From an uncultured Clostridia bacterium (GTDB lineage Bacteria > Bacillota > Clostridia > TANB77 > CAG-465), in NCBI GenBank assembly GCA_944388575.1, contig CALXJF010000003.1, positions 12,926 to 76,925 of the forward strand: a DNA stretch of 64,000 bases. The letters are read 5' to 3'. Of this stretch, positions 9,092 to 17,837 are shown in pieces (within the stretch, counting starts at the first letter, position 1; every line of letters begins with the position of its first letter). The translations under genes were made by a program, and so were the position numbers. The notes beneath the pieces are model-generated. The model did not search any database and had not been told where the DNA came from. It was given only the letters and a program-made list of their open reading frames with translations.

Positions 9092-10282
9092 TTATATAAT
9101 CACTAAAGGAATTGTTGTTTCTTCTTTAGTTAAGCCTGAGTGATTACCTTTTGTATTCATCTTATCATTTAATGTTATTCTATCACATACCATAAACTTA
9201 TTATTAACTATTACAGCAACATATTCTCCTAAAGATTTATATGCATGTTCAGAAAATTTATTATTTCCAAATAAATTAAACTCCTCTATTTGTTCTTTTT
9301 TTAATAAAATAACATCTTGTCCAAATTCTTTTATAAATTTTTCTTCAAACTCTTCTTTATACTTATCTTTAACAAAAAAACTAATCATTCTTGTATCTAT
9401 ACTTGGCATTGCATAAAAATAATTTATAAAATTAATATTCTGATTTAAATATAGCATACTAACCATATCAACTTGTCCATGGTCAGCCGTTAAAACAACA
9501 CTAACATCAATAACTTCATTTAATAAATGTTTTATTCCTTTTTCAACAGCTTCAATAATCATAGTTACTTCTCTACTATTTATACCATAAAGATGTGAAT
9601 TTAAATCAAGTCCATCTATGTATAGATAATTAAACGTATTTTCTTTTGAATTTTTTAAACGATTTGCCATTGATGTAAATGCTTGTTTTATAGAATAGTA
9701 ACCATATCTATTTGCTTTACTACCAGACATCATTTTAGAATAAGTTGTATTTATAATTTCTCTACTTTCATAAATATTTACTTGAGTCTCATATTTATCA
9801 AAAATAGTTTTAAATTTAAATATATCCTCTACTTTTATACCTTTTTTTTCTAAGGGTATAGCTGAACGTCTTTCTGTAAATAATAGTGGATAATAACTCA
9901 ATTCAAAATCAATATTATAATCCCACCATCCAAAAATCCCATGCTCTGAAGGATAAGAAGCTGACACTATACTTGTAAGTATACATGCTGTAGAAGTTGG
10001 ATTTACAGTTTTTATTTTAGTTTTTAAATTTTGTTTTAATATTGAATTTTCAGGTAAAGACTTTAATTTATAATATCCAAACCCATCCAATAATATAAAT
10101 ACAGTATGTTTTTTATGGGGTATAGTCTTATTAAGTTTAATCTGATTTTCATTTAAGTTTATATTAACACCATTTTTATATGCTAATACTTTAGCTAAAT
10201 CAACTATATCAATCTTTATTTCATCTCTTTTTTTTATATAATTATTCAACTTATCTATATTCTCTTGTAAATTATTTATCAA
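9092..10282 (-). CDS. alkaline-phosphatase-superfamily phosphodiesterase/nucleotide pyrophosphatase-like protein
   Basis: Metal-ligand and nucleophile pattern FILLDGFG .. NPTSTACILTS .. TADHGQ, typical of type I phosphodiesterase/AlkP-core enzymes. Confidence 0.65.
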   Translation of the reverse strand: MINNLQENIDKLNNYIKKRDEIKIDIVDLAKVLAYKNGVNINLNENQIKLNKTIPHKKHTVFILLDGFGYYKLKSLPENSILKQNLKTKIKTVNPTSTACILTSIVSASYPSEHGIFGWWDYNIDFELSYYPLLFTERRSAIPLEKKGIKVEDIFKFKTIFDKYETQVNIYESREIINTTYSKMMSGSKANRYGYYSIKQAFTSMANRLKNSKENTFNYLYIDGLDLNSHLYGINSREVTMIIEAVEKGIKHLLNEVIDVSVVLTADHGQVDMVSMLYLNQNINFINYFYAMPSIDTRMISFFVKDKYKEEFEEKFIKEFGQDVILLKKEQIEEFNLFGNNKFSEHAYKSLGEYVAVIVNNKFMVCDRITLNDKMNTKGNHSGLTKEETTIPLVII

Positions 10283-10301
10283 TGTTTACCCACCTTTTCT
10301 A

Positions 10302-10724
10302 CTAAGATAAATATTGTTCCTTTTCTAAATAATTTATTACATTTTCTATAGTCTTTACATATTTATCTTTTATAATTTTAAATATGTTTTGTGCTAATTT
10401 CTCATCATATAAACGAGTAGTACTATTTCTATCAATTAACATATCACTATATACTTGTTCATTATTTATAATATTATTTTTAAATGTAAATTTTAAAACT
10501 CCTTTTGAACCTTGTGAAAAATCAGAAAAGCCTAAATATTCAATATAATCTTCTAAAACTTTCCACATAAGTTCAAATGTAAACTCAAACCTTTAAATAG
10601 TAACATCAATAAATATCTTTTCGATTTTTTTATTTTTATTTAAATTATATTCATTTAGCACTTCCGTTAACCTATAAAAAGCGTCTTTAAAAGAATTATA
10701 TCTAACTTCGTTTTTACTACCCAT
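10302..10724 (-). pseudogene. HEPN-type nucleotidyltransferase substrate-binding protein (HI0074-like) with an in-frame TAA at codon 44
   Basis: The ATG at 10722-10724 lies 1 nt after the MNT stop. Reading through gives MGSKNEVRYNSFKDAFYRL..DVTI*RFEFTFELMWKVLEDY.., with the TAA at 10593-10595. FEFTFELxWK and RNSTTRLYDE are family signatures. Confidence 0.7.
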
Positions 10725-10725
10725 A

Positions 10726-11034
10726 CTATCGTTCATAAATTATACATCCATCTTTCTTTATTTGAAATAATAAAGCTTTAGAAGAATTAGAAGATACATA
10801 TACAATATCAAATGAATATAACGTTGCTATATCATTTATCATTTCATTTAATTTCCACTTATTATTTTTTACTCCATAAATTGCTAAATCAATATCTAAA
10901 TTTTCTTTATTATCTTTTCTTGATCTTGATCCAAATAGAACAACTTTCTCAATTTCATTAAATGATGAAAAAATAATATCTAACTCTTCCACTATTCTTT
11001 GAGGAATATTAATCTTCTCTAAATTAATAATCAT
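10726..11034 (-). CDS. minimal nucleotidyltransferase (MNT antitoxin-type)
   Basis: GSRSR..(x)..DIDLAI, which is the GSxS..DxD pol-beta nucleotidyltransferase motif. 102 aa. Confidence 0.8.
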   Translation of the reverse strand: MIINLEKINIPQRIVEELDIIFSSFNEIEKVVLFGSRSRKDNKENLDIDLAIYGVKNNKWKLNEMINDIATLYSFDIVYVSSNSSKALLFQIKKDGCIIYER

Positions 11035-11040
11035 ATAATC

Positions 11041-11110
11041 TCATTTTTAAATTTTAGCTAAAGCATTTTTAAATCTCATTTTTAAATTTTAGCTAAAGCA
11101 TTTTTAAATC
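11041..11110. repeat. perfect 35-bp tandem duplication covering the gltX 3' end
   Basis: tcatttttaaattttagctaaagcatttttaaatc occurs at 11041-11075 and again at 11076-11110. The unit encodes MRFKNALAKI plus the stop of gltX on the minus strand. Confidence 0.95.
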
Positions 11111-12785
11111 TCATTTTTGTTTCTTCTTCTCCAAGTAATTGCATTACTTGATATATATCTGGTGAATTTTTTCTATTTGTTATTGCAACTCTAATAATAG
11201 TTGCAAAATCAGCTGTACTACCAATATATTGATCTGGATTTTGTTTATATAATTTCATATCAGTACAAAAACCTAGATTATTTGCTTGCTCTTTCATATT
11301 AGCAAACCATTCATCTTTAGTATGTAAATGATTATAACTGTTGTAATATACTTCCAAAACTTTTTTTACTATATCTTTTGTTATATTTTCGTTAAATTCA
11401 AAACTATATCCATTTACTTTTACATCTTCTTTAAATAAAACATCAAAGAAATAAAAGAAATTATCTTTAATATCTTCCCACTTTATTATATCTTTACGTA
11501 TCTTTTTTACGTTTTCTCTTTCAAGTCCAAATACTTTTAAAGAATACTCTAAATCTGAAGAAATAATGTTATATAATGTTTCATCATTATCTTTAGTCCA
11601 TTTAATAACATTATCTAACACCTCTTTACTAGACATTTTGGAAATTATTTCACGACTAATATCATTTAGTTTTGCAATATCTAGAAGTGATCCTGCTGAA
11701 CTCATTTTATTTAATTTGAATTTAAATTCATCTCTACTTGCCTCTTTATTTTTATTTCTCCATATTTCATAATCAGAATTAAGAATTGTATATAAATATT
11801 CTATAACAGCTTCTGTTGGATAGCCTGACTTTAAAAAATATGAAACAGCTGCCTCTTTATCTTTTCTTTTACTCAATTTTCTTTTGCTATTTCCTTCTTT
11901 AACTAACAAAAGTGGAATGTGTATATAAGTTGGCGTCTCAAATCCCATTGCCTCAAATAATTGAATATGTATTGGAGTTGATGGTATCCATTCCTCGCCT
12001 CTTACCACATGAGTTGTACGCATAAAATGATCATCACAAACATGTGCGAAATGATAAGTTGGAAGACCATCAGCTTTTATTAATACAACATCTTGATCAT
12101 TTTCAGCTATTTCAATCTTTCCTCTTGCACCATCAGTAAATGATGTTTTTCTTAAATGAGAACCGTTTGATCTAAATCTTAAAATAAATTTCTCTCCTGA
12201 TTTTACTCTTTTAATTGATTCATCTATTGATATATTTCTACATTTAGCATAAATCCCATAATAACCAGGAACCACTTTATTTGTTTCCTGTGCATCATGT
12301 GTAGCTGCAAGCATTTCTGGTGTACAAAAACAAGGATAAGCAAGTCCCTTTTCTACTAAATGTTTTGCACATATTTTATATATATCGGCTCTTTTACTTT
12401 GAGTATATGGGCCATAAAAGCCTTCTTCTTTTCCTTCTGCAATAACTCCCTCATCAGGTTCAAGACCAAAAGCTTTTAACTCTTCTGTAAATAATTTTAC
12501 ACTTCCTTTTACTTCTCTTTTTTGATCAGTATCTTCAATTCTTAAAAAAAATCTTCCTCCTGTTTGATGAGCTAATATTTTATTTACTAAAGACGTAAAT
12601 AAAGCTCCAGTATGTAAAAAACCAGTTGGAGATGGTGCAAATCTTGTTACACAAGCCCCTTCTTTTAATCTTCTAACTGGGTATTTTACTTCTAAATCCT
12701 CCACCGTATCATGTACATCTGGAAATATTAAATAAGCTAACTCATAGCACTTTCTTGTCATTTCTTTATCCATTTTTTCTCTCAT
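11082..12785 (-). CDS. gltX: glutamate--tRNA ligase
   Basis: 567 aa. APSPTGFLHTGAL (HIGH-type) and KLSKRK (KMSKS-type) motifs. Confidence 0.93.
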   Translation of the reverse strand: MREKMDKEMTRKCYELAYLIFPDVHDTVEDLEVKYPVRRLKEGACVTRFAPSPTGFLHTGALFTSLVNKILAHQTGGRFFLRIEDTDQKREVKGSVKLFTEELKAFGLEPDEGVIAEGKEEGFYGPYTQSKRADIYKICAKHLVEKGLAYPCFCTPEMLAATHDAQETNKVVPGYYGIYAKCRNISIDESIKRVKSGEKFILRFRSNGSHLRKTSFTDGARGKIEIAENDQDVVLIKADGLPTYHFAHVCDDHFMRTTHVVRGEEWIPSTPIHIQLFEAMGFETPTYIHIPLLLVKEGNSKRKLSKRKDKEAAVSYFLKSGYPTEAVIEYLYTILNSDYEIWRNKNKEASRDEFKFKLNKMSSAGSLLDIAKLNDISREIISKMSSKEVLDNVIKWTKDNDETLYNIISSDLEYSLKVFGLERENVKKIRKDIIKWEDIKDNFFYFFDVLFKEDVKVNGYSFEFNENITKDIVKKVLEVYYNSYNHLHTKDEWFANMKEQANNLGFCTDMKLYKQNPDQYIGSTADFATIIRVAITNRKNSPDIYQVMQLLGEEETKMRFKNALAKI

Positions 12786-12838
12786 AATATATTTAATTAA
12801 TTAAATATATTAATACACTCCTTTCTTTTTATTGTCAT

Positions 12839-13180
12839 TTATTTTAAATTTCTTTTTATATCATCAATTACAATATCAAAATCTTTTAAATTCTCTTTTA
12901 TAACAGTATATGGAACTTCTTTAGATATCCTTTCATAATCATGTACTATTTTATTTCTCATACCAATCATCTTTTTATATAAAGGCAAATTTTCTTCTAA
13001 AAGAATATTATTATCAACCAATACTTCGAAACATTCATAGTAAGTAGAACATGGACCGAAGCCTTTCTTTAGATACAATATCTTCAGCTAAGCCTATGAC
13101 TACTTGTAATGCTTTTCTTAAATAATTTTAAACAGCTGAAAAACACAAACTGGATTTTAAAAATTCTTTTTTATATACTC
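12839..13180 (-). pseudogene. HepT/DUF86-type HEPN toxin remnant (N-terminally truncated, in-frame TAA, frameshift)
   Basis: The C-terminal ORF carries the Rx4H motif (MRNKIVHDY). Upstream, another frame reads ..EFLKSSLCFSAV*NYLRKALQVVIGLAEDIVSKE, with the TAA at 13128-13130. A 1-nt frame change occurs near 13066-13072. No partner MNT is present. Confidence 0.65.
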
Positions 13181-13235
13181 TATAAATTTATCTTTGTTTT
13201 TTTCAAATATATTTTTTATTTTACATCACAAAAAT

Positions 13236-13264
13236 ATTATACAATATTTATGTCTAATATTCAA
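13236..13264 (-). promoter_or_regulatory. candidate sigma-A promoter (drives the HepT remnant and gltX)
   Basis: Minus strand reads TTGAAT, exactly 17 nt, then TATAAT. Confidence 0.5.
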
Positions 13265-13295
13265 GGAAAAATCAAGTATTAATGAATGTTATAAA

Positions 13296-13336
13296 AAAGT
13301 AAAAAGGCTACTATAAATCAAAAGATGTATAGTAGC
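13296..13336 (-). terminator. rho-independent terminator after RNase J
   Basis: GCTACTATA..TATAGTAGC stem followed by a T-rich run on the minus strand. Confidence 0.6.
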
Positions 13337-13344
13337 TTTTGTTG

Positions 13345-15264
13345 TTATTTATTTTCTTTTTTAAATCTATCAATATCAACATCCATAAGAATTGGAAGTA
13401 TCATAGGTTGTCTTTTAGTTTTAGAGTATATATAATGTATAAGTGACTCCCTTAAGGCAGATTTAATATTTGACCATTCACGAATATTTTCTTTATCACA
13501 TTTATCTAATTCTTTTCTAGCTATTTCTCTAATTTCTTCCATTAAATCTTCGCTTTCTCTAACATATACAAAACCACGAGTAACTATATCCGGTCCAGAT
13601 ACAACTTTTGAAGTTTTCCTATCTAAACTTACCACAATTATAATCATACCATTTTCTGATAATAGTTGTCTATCACGAAGTACAATATTTCCTACATCTC
13701 CTACTCCAAGACCATCAACAAGCACCATTCCAGATGGAACTTGTGTAGTCATTTTAGCTTCATCCTTACCGATTTCTAACGTTCTACCATTTTCCATAAT
13801 AAATATATTTTCTTTTTGCATACCAATACTTACAGCTAATTCACCATGTTGTTTTAAAAATCTATATTCACCATGAACAGGCATAAAATATTTTGGTTTT
13901 GTAAGACTCAACATAAGTTTTAATTCCTCTTGGCATGCATGACCTGAAACGTGTACATCTGCCAACTGATTATATATAATTTCTGCTCCTAATTTTTCTA
14001 ACTCATCAATCACTCTACCAACAGATTTTTCGTTCCCTGGTATTGGTGACGAAGAAAATATAACTAAATCATCAGGAGTAATTTGAACTTTTTTATGCTC
14101 ACCTACAGACATCCTAGAAAGAGCTGCCATAGGCTCTCCTTGCGATCCTGTTGTTATAATAACAAGTTGCTCAGGATTATAATTACCAATTTTATCAATA
14201 TCAATCAAAGTTCCCTCTGGCATATTTATATAGCCAAGCTCTTGAGATACAGTCATAACATTTAACATACTACGACCAACAACTGCTACTTTTCTTTTAC
14301 ATTTTACAGCTGAATTTACAATCTGTTGCATTCTATGTATATTTGAAGCAAAAGTTGCTACTATTATTCTCTTTGTACAATTTGTAAAGATCTTATCAAA
14401 TTCTTTTCCAACACTACTTTCTGACATTGTATAACCTGGTCTTAAAACATTAGTACTATCAGACATCAGTAATGTAATTCCTTCTTTTCCAAGTTCTGCT
14501 ACTCTTTGAAAATCCATCATTTCACCATCAATTGGTGTATAATCAATTTTAAAGTCACCTGTATGAAATATAACTCCAACAGGTGTAGTTATAGCTACTG
14601 CCACTGAGTCAGCAATAGAATGTGTCATTTTTATAAATTCGACCTTGAAATGTTTTCCAAATTTAACAACGTCACGTGGTTTAACGCATTTTAACTTTGT
14701 GGTTTTTTCCATATTATGTTCAATCAATTTATTTTTTATAAGACCCAAAGTCAATTTAGTTCCATATACTGGAACATTTATCTTCTTTAAAAAATATGGT
14801 ATAGAACCAATATGGTCTTCATGTCCATGGGTAATTACTACAGCTTTTACTTTATCTTTATTTCTCTCTAAATATGTAATATCAGGTATTACTAAATCTA
14901 CACCTAACATATCATCTTCTGGAAAAGCTAAACCACAATCTACAACAATTATTTCATTATCATATTCAAATACTGTAATATTTTTTCCGATTTCATTCAT
15001 TCCACCAAGTGGAATAATTTTTAATTTAGGTTTTACAAATATACTAGGCTTATTAGTTTTAGCTAATACAGGTTTTGTATCTACATTTTCAAACTCCACT
15101 TCAAAACCACTCCTAGAACTTAATTTTTCTTTAGTATCCTTTATCAATTTTGAATTTCTTTCTCTATCATCATCTGTCTTATTCTTTCTTAATCCTTTTT
15201 TATTATTTATTTTACTATGATTAGAATTATTAATTTTTCTAACCGTACGCTTTTTTTCTTCCAT
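13345..15264 (-). CDS. rnj: ribonuclease J
   Basis: Metallo-beta-lactamase/beta-CASP pattern with the HGHEDHIG motif. 639 aa with a Lys-rich N-terminal extension. Confidence 0.92.
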   Translation of the reverse strand: MEEKKRTVRKINNSNHSKINNKKGLRKNKTDDDRERNSKLIKDTKEKLSSRSGFEVEFENVDTKPVLAKTNKPSIFVKPKLKIIPLGGMNEIGKNITVFEYDNEIIVVDCGLAFPEDDMLGVDLVIPDITYLERNKDKVKAVVITHGHEDHIGSIPYFLKKINVPVYGTKLTLGLIKNKLIEHNMEKTTKLKCVKPRDVVKFGKHFKVEFIKMTHSIADSVAVAITTPVGVIFHTGDFKIDYTPIDGEMMDFQRVAELGKEGITLLMSDSTNVLRPGYTMSESSVGKEFDKIFTNCTKRIIVATFASNIHRMQQIVNSAVKCKRKVAVVGRSMLNVMTVSQELGYINMPEGTLIDIDKIGNYNPEQLVIITTGSQGEPMAALSRMSVGEHKKVQITPDDLVIFSSSPIPGNEKSVGRVIDELEKLGAEIIYNQLADVHVSGHACQEELKLMLSLTKPKYFMPVHGEYRFLKQHGELAVSIGMQKENIFIMENGRTLEIGKDEAKMTTQVPSGMVLVDGLGVGDVGNIVLRDRQLLSENGMIIIVVSLDRKTSKVVSGPDIVTRGFVYVRESEDLMEEIREIARKELDKCDKENIREWSNIKSALRESLIHYIYSKTKRQPMILPILMDVDIDRFKKENK

Positions 15265-15392
15265 TAAAATCCCCCTTCAATATTAAATTTTCAATCTACA
15301 AAATTAAACCACGTTCCTTTTATACATATAGCCATAGCTATTACATTACTTTTTTAGAATTTTTACTCGCATCATTACAAAATAACATATTT

Positions 15393-15421
15393 ATTATACT
15401 ATATTTTTAAGCTTTTGTCAA
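15393..15421 (-). promoter_or_regulatory. consensus sigma-A promoter upstream of rnj
   Basis: Minus strand reads TTGACA, 17 nt, then TATAAT, about 125 nt upstream of the rnj ATG. Confidence 0.55.
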
Positions 15422-15513
15422 ATTATTATATAGAATTATTTTTCTGCTAATAAAATTTAAAATTTATTATATAGAAAAGAGTGTTATATTTAATATATTT
15501 ATAATGAAAATAT

Positions 15514-15562
15514 TAAAAAAATCCCTTAAAGTTTAACTAAAATATTAGAAACTTTAAAGGAA
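15514..15562 (-). terminator. rho-independent terminator after the acyltransferase gene
   Basis: TTAAAGTTT..AAACTTTAA stem flanked by A and T runs (bidirectional shape). Confidence 0.6.
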
Positions 15563-15571
15563 TTTTTTATT

Positions 15572-16387
15572 TTATATATTGTTTTTACAAATATCCTCTA
15601 TTCTCTTAGATAACTCTTCATTATATTTATCTAAGTAGTATTGTGATTGTGCCTCATACACATTAACAGTAGTACCATCCTTAAACATGACATTATTCTT
15701 AGGATATAATTTTATATACTCATTTTTATACTCTTTATTTAATTTTAAAGCAATAGCTTTCATTGCCTCGTCAATTACACTGTGAAGTGCAATATTTTTC
15801 TCTTCTCTAGTACTACTAGTTATATATTTTTTAAAATATGTATAATATTCAATTTCCTTAAGTATATAAACATTTATTTTATCGTCAGTTATCCTATATC
15901 CATCTAAGTTCAATTGTTTAGAATTTATTTCTATCGCTACTGGAACTATTCTTGCTTTTATTCCACTTAATTTTGCATTATACAATATTCTAGCAGCACC
16001 AGTTCTACCTTTAAAAATTTGATTACTCGATTCAATATATGCACCTTCTGGGAAAATATTAACGCTAATATTATTTTGTAATAGCTTTAAAGCCTCATTT
16101 AAGCACATCTTTGAATACTCAGGGCCACCATGAGCTTCAATTGGAAAACTATATAATAAATTGTCTATCATTGCTTTTCTTTCCTTTAATGTTTTATAAA
16201 TAAGACGAGCACTGATTAAACTTACTGTTCCAATTGGAAGAGATGCCGGTAAATAAAAAATATCCATCAAACAATTATGATTAGCCACAAAAATTATAGG
16301 TTGATCTGTTTTTAAATCTTCTATACCAAATATATTAATTTTTAACCGTTTCTGAAGTTTGCATAATTCCATCTTCTTGCTTAACAT
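15572..16387 (-). CDS. 1-acyl-sn-glycerol-3-phosphate acyltransferase-like protein (PlsC family)
   Basis: HX4D motif NHNCLMD and FPEGA block. The annotated start overlaps the upstream SGNH remnant, so the true start may be the internal Met (MELCK). Confidence 0.75.
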   Translation of the reverse strand: MLSKKMELCKLQKRLKINIFGIEDLKTDQPIIFVANHNCLMDIFYLPASLPIGTVSLISARLIYKTLKERKAMIDNLLYSFPIEAHGGPEYSKMCLNEALKLLQNNISVNIFPEGAYIESSNQIFKGRTGAARILYNAKLSGIKARIVPVAIEINSKQLNLDGYRITDDKINVYILKEIEYYTYFKKYITSSTREEKNIALHSVIDEAMKAIALKLNKEYKNEYIKLYPKNNVMFKDGTTVNVYEAQSQYYLDKYNEELSKRIEDICKNNI

Positions 16388-17034
16388 TTTCCAACAACTC
16401 CTTTACTTTAAATGCAATTTTTTTATGTCCTTCATAATCTAAATGTATTCCATCATTAAATAAAGATATATTGTTTATAATGATTGAATATGCATTAGAA
16501 ATATAATTGAAAAAATTTGATATTACTAACTGTCTATTTTTTTCCGATTCTTCATCAAATATTATTGACGCATTTTCCTCATAATCAAAATTCACTGGTA
16601 ATACATAAATAAAAGTCGGTAAAGTATTGTTAACAAAATATTTTTTTCTATCTTCTAAATCATTAAACATTTCATATATAACATCTTTGTACCAAGATAA
16701 GTCTTTTAAAATTTTTTTGTATCCTTTTTTATACTTTATTTGTAAGTCATTTGTACCAAGAGATATAATTACTACGTCAACTGGAGCTTGACTTCTAAAT
16801 GTTGAAATAAAGGTATCTTTTCCATTTTTATATTTTTTTTCCTGTTCTTCATTTCCAGCAATTCTTCCGAGGAAGACCTTCAGATATTATTTTATATTTA
16901 TCCCCAAGTGCATTTTGCAAAATATTTGGCCATTGATATTCATCTGGAATTCTTTGACCTAATATAAAATTATCTCCCCATGTATTTGAATCTCCATATA
17001 TAAAAATTTTTTTCATAACCTCACCCTTATACAT
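16335..17034 (-). pseudogene. SGNH/GDSL hydrolase split by a 1-nt insertion
   Basis: The N-terminal piece has block I, IYGDSNTWG, and ends ..EGLPRKNCWK*. Deleting the base at 16869 restores EGLPGRIAGNEEQ..VVIISLGTNDL.., which runs into the 16335-16670 ORF. Confidence 0.75.
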
Positions 17035-17335
17035 TATAGCATTTATTATATAAATATTAAATAAATTTAATTAATTTAAAACTAAATATAACTCACAATA
17101 AACAAAAAAATTAGTTAATCTCTTATAATGATTATTTTACAGTATAATATCATACAAGATTTATTAAGTCAATTAATTTTAGATTCTATTATAGAAAAGA
17201 TTATTAGTATAAAACATAAATTATATTAAACTTTTATAAATAAATCATTTACATACTTTGACTTTTTAGTATATATTTGATACAATTTAAATATAGAATA
17301 TATGTAACGGACTTTTAATAAAGGAGGTATTTAGC

Positions 17336-17803
17336 ATGAAACATTATGATGTAAAAACTATAAAAATAGTTTGTGAAAAATATGCCTATGAACGTTTTTC
17401 AACTCTACAAACTATAGCTGAAGATGAAGAACTAATAGAGAAAAAATTATCTCCAAGCAAAGTTTCAAAATATCTACATTTAGGAATTACGCAAAATATT
17501 ATAGATGATATAACTGCCGAAATGATTAAACAAAAAGCAATCAATAACTCTACCAGATACACTGGTTCTGGACAAAAAATAACAGATACTTACCGGAGAT
17601 TATTTAAAGAACGCGAACAGTTCAAAAAATTTGGAGACAAATTACCACCTATAACTAAAGTTGAACCAACTTCAAATGAAACTATTCAACAACTATATAA
17701 AGAATTTTTTATAAGTACTTTTTCAAGTGTGTTTAGTGATAGTGATGAATTTCCTGTTTCAGGAGATAATATAGAAGAACTTGAAAAATATTTATGCATT
17801 TAA
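17336..17803 (+). CDS. hypothetical protein
   Basis: Strong RBS AAAGGAGG 8 nt upstream of the ATG. 155 aa. Followed by a hairpin at about 17812-17840. Confidence 0.6.
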   Translation: MKHYDVKTIKIVCEKYAYERFSTLQTIAEDEELIEKKLSPSKVSKYLHLGITQNIIDDITAEMIKQKAINNSTRYTGSGQKITDTYRRLFKEREQFKKFGDKLPPITKVEPTSNETIQQLYKEFFISTFSSVFSDSDEFPVSGDNIEELEKYLCI

Positions 17804-17837
17804 GCTAGCTAAAGGTAAGTGTTTAATGCACTTACCT

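Noticed and set aside
9074-9094. In-frame TAA between the AlkP-like gene and the Fic antitoxin gene
   Set aside because: The clear RBS (AAAGGAAGG) and ATG of the antitoxin, together with unrelated protein families, make the in-frame arrangement coincidental.
7500-11110. 35-bp gltX-end repeat considered as attL/attR of an integrated island
   Set aside because: The two copies are in tandem rather than flanking the islet. I found no third copy near the ileS-proximal boundary, and there is no integrase.
14645-15220. 191-aa plus-strand ORF
   Set aside because: It lies entirely antisense to the well-supported RNase J gene. Its translation is low-complexity and hydrophobic, as is typical of shadow ORFs in AT-rich DNA, and there is no RBS.
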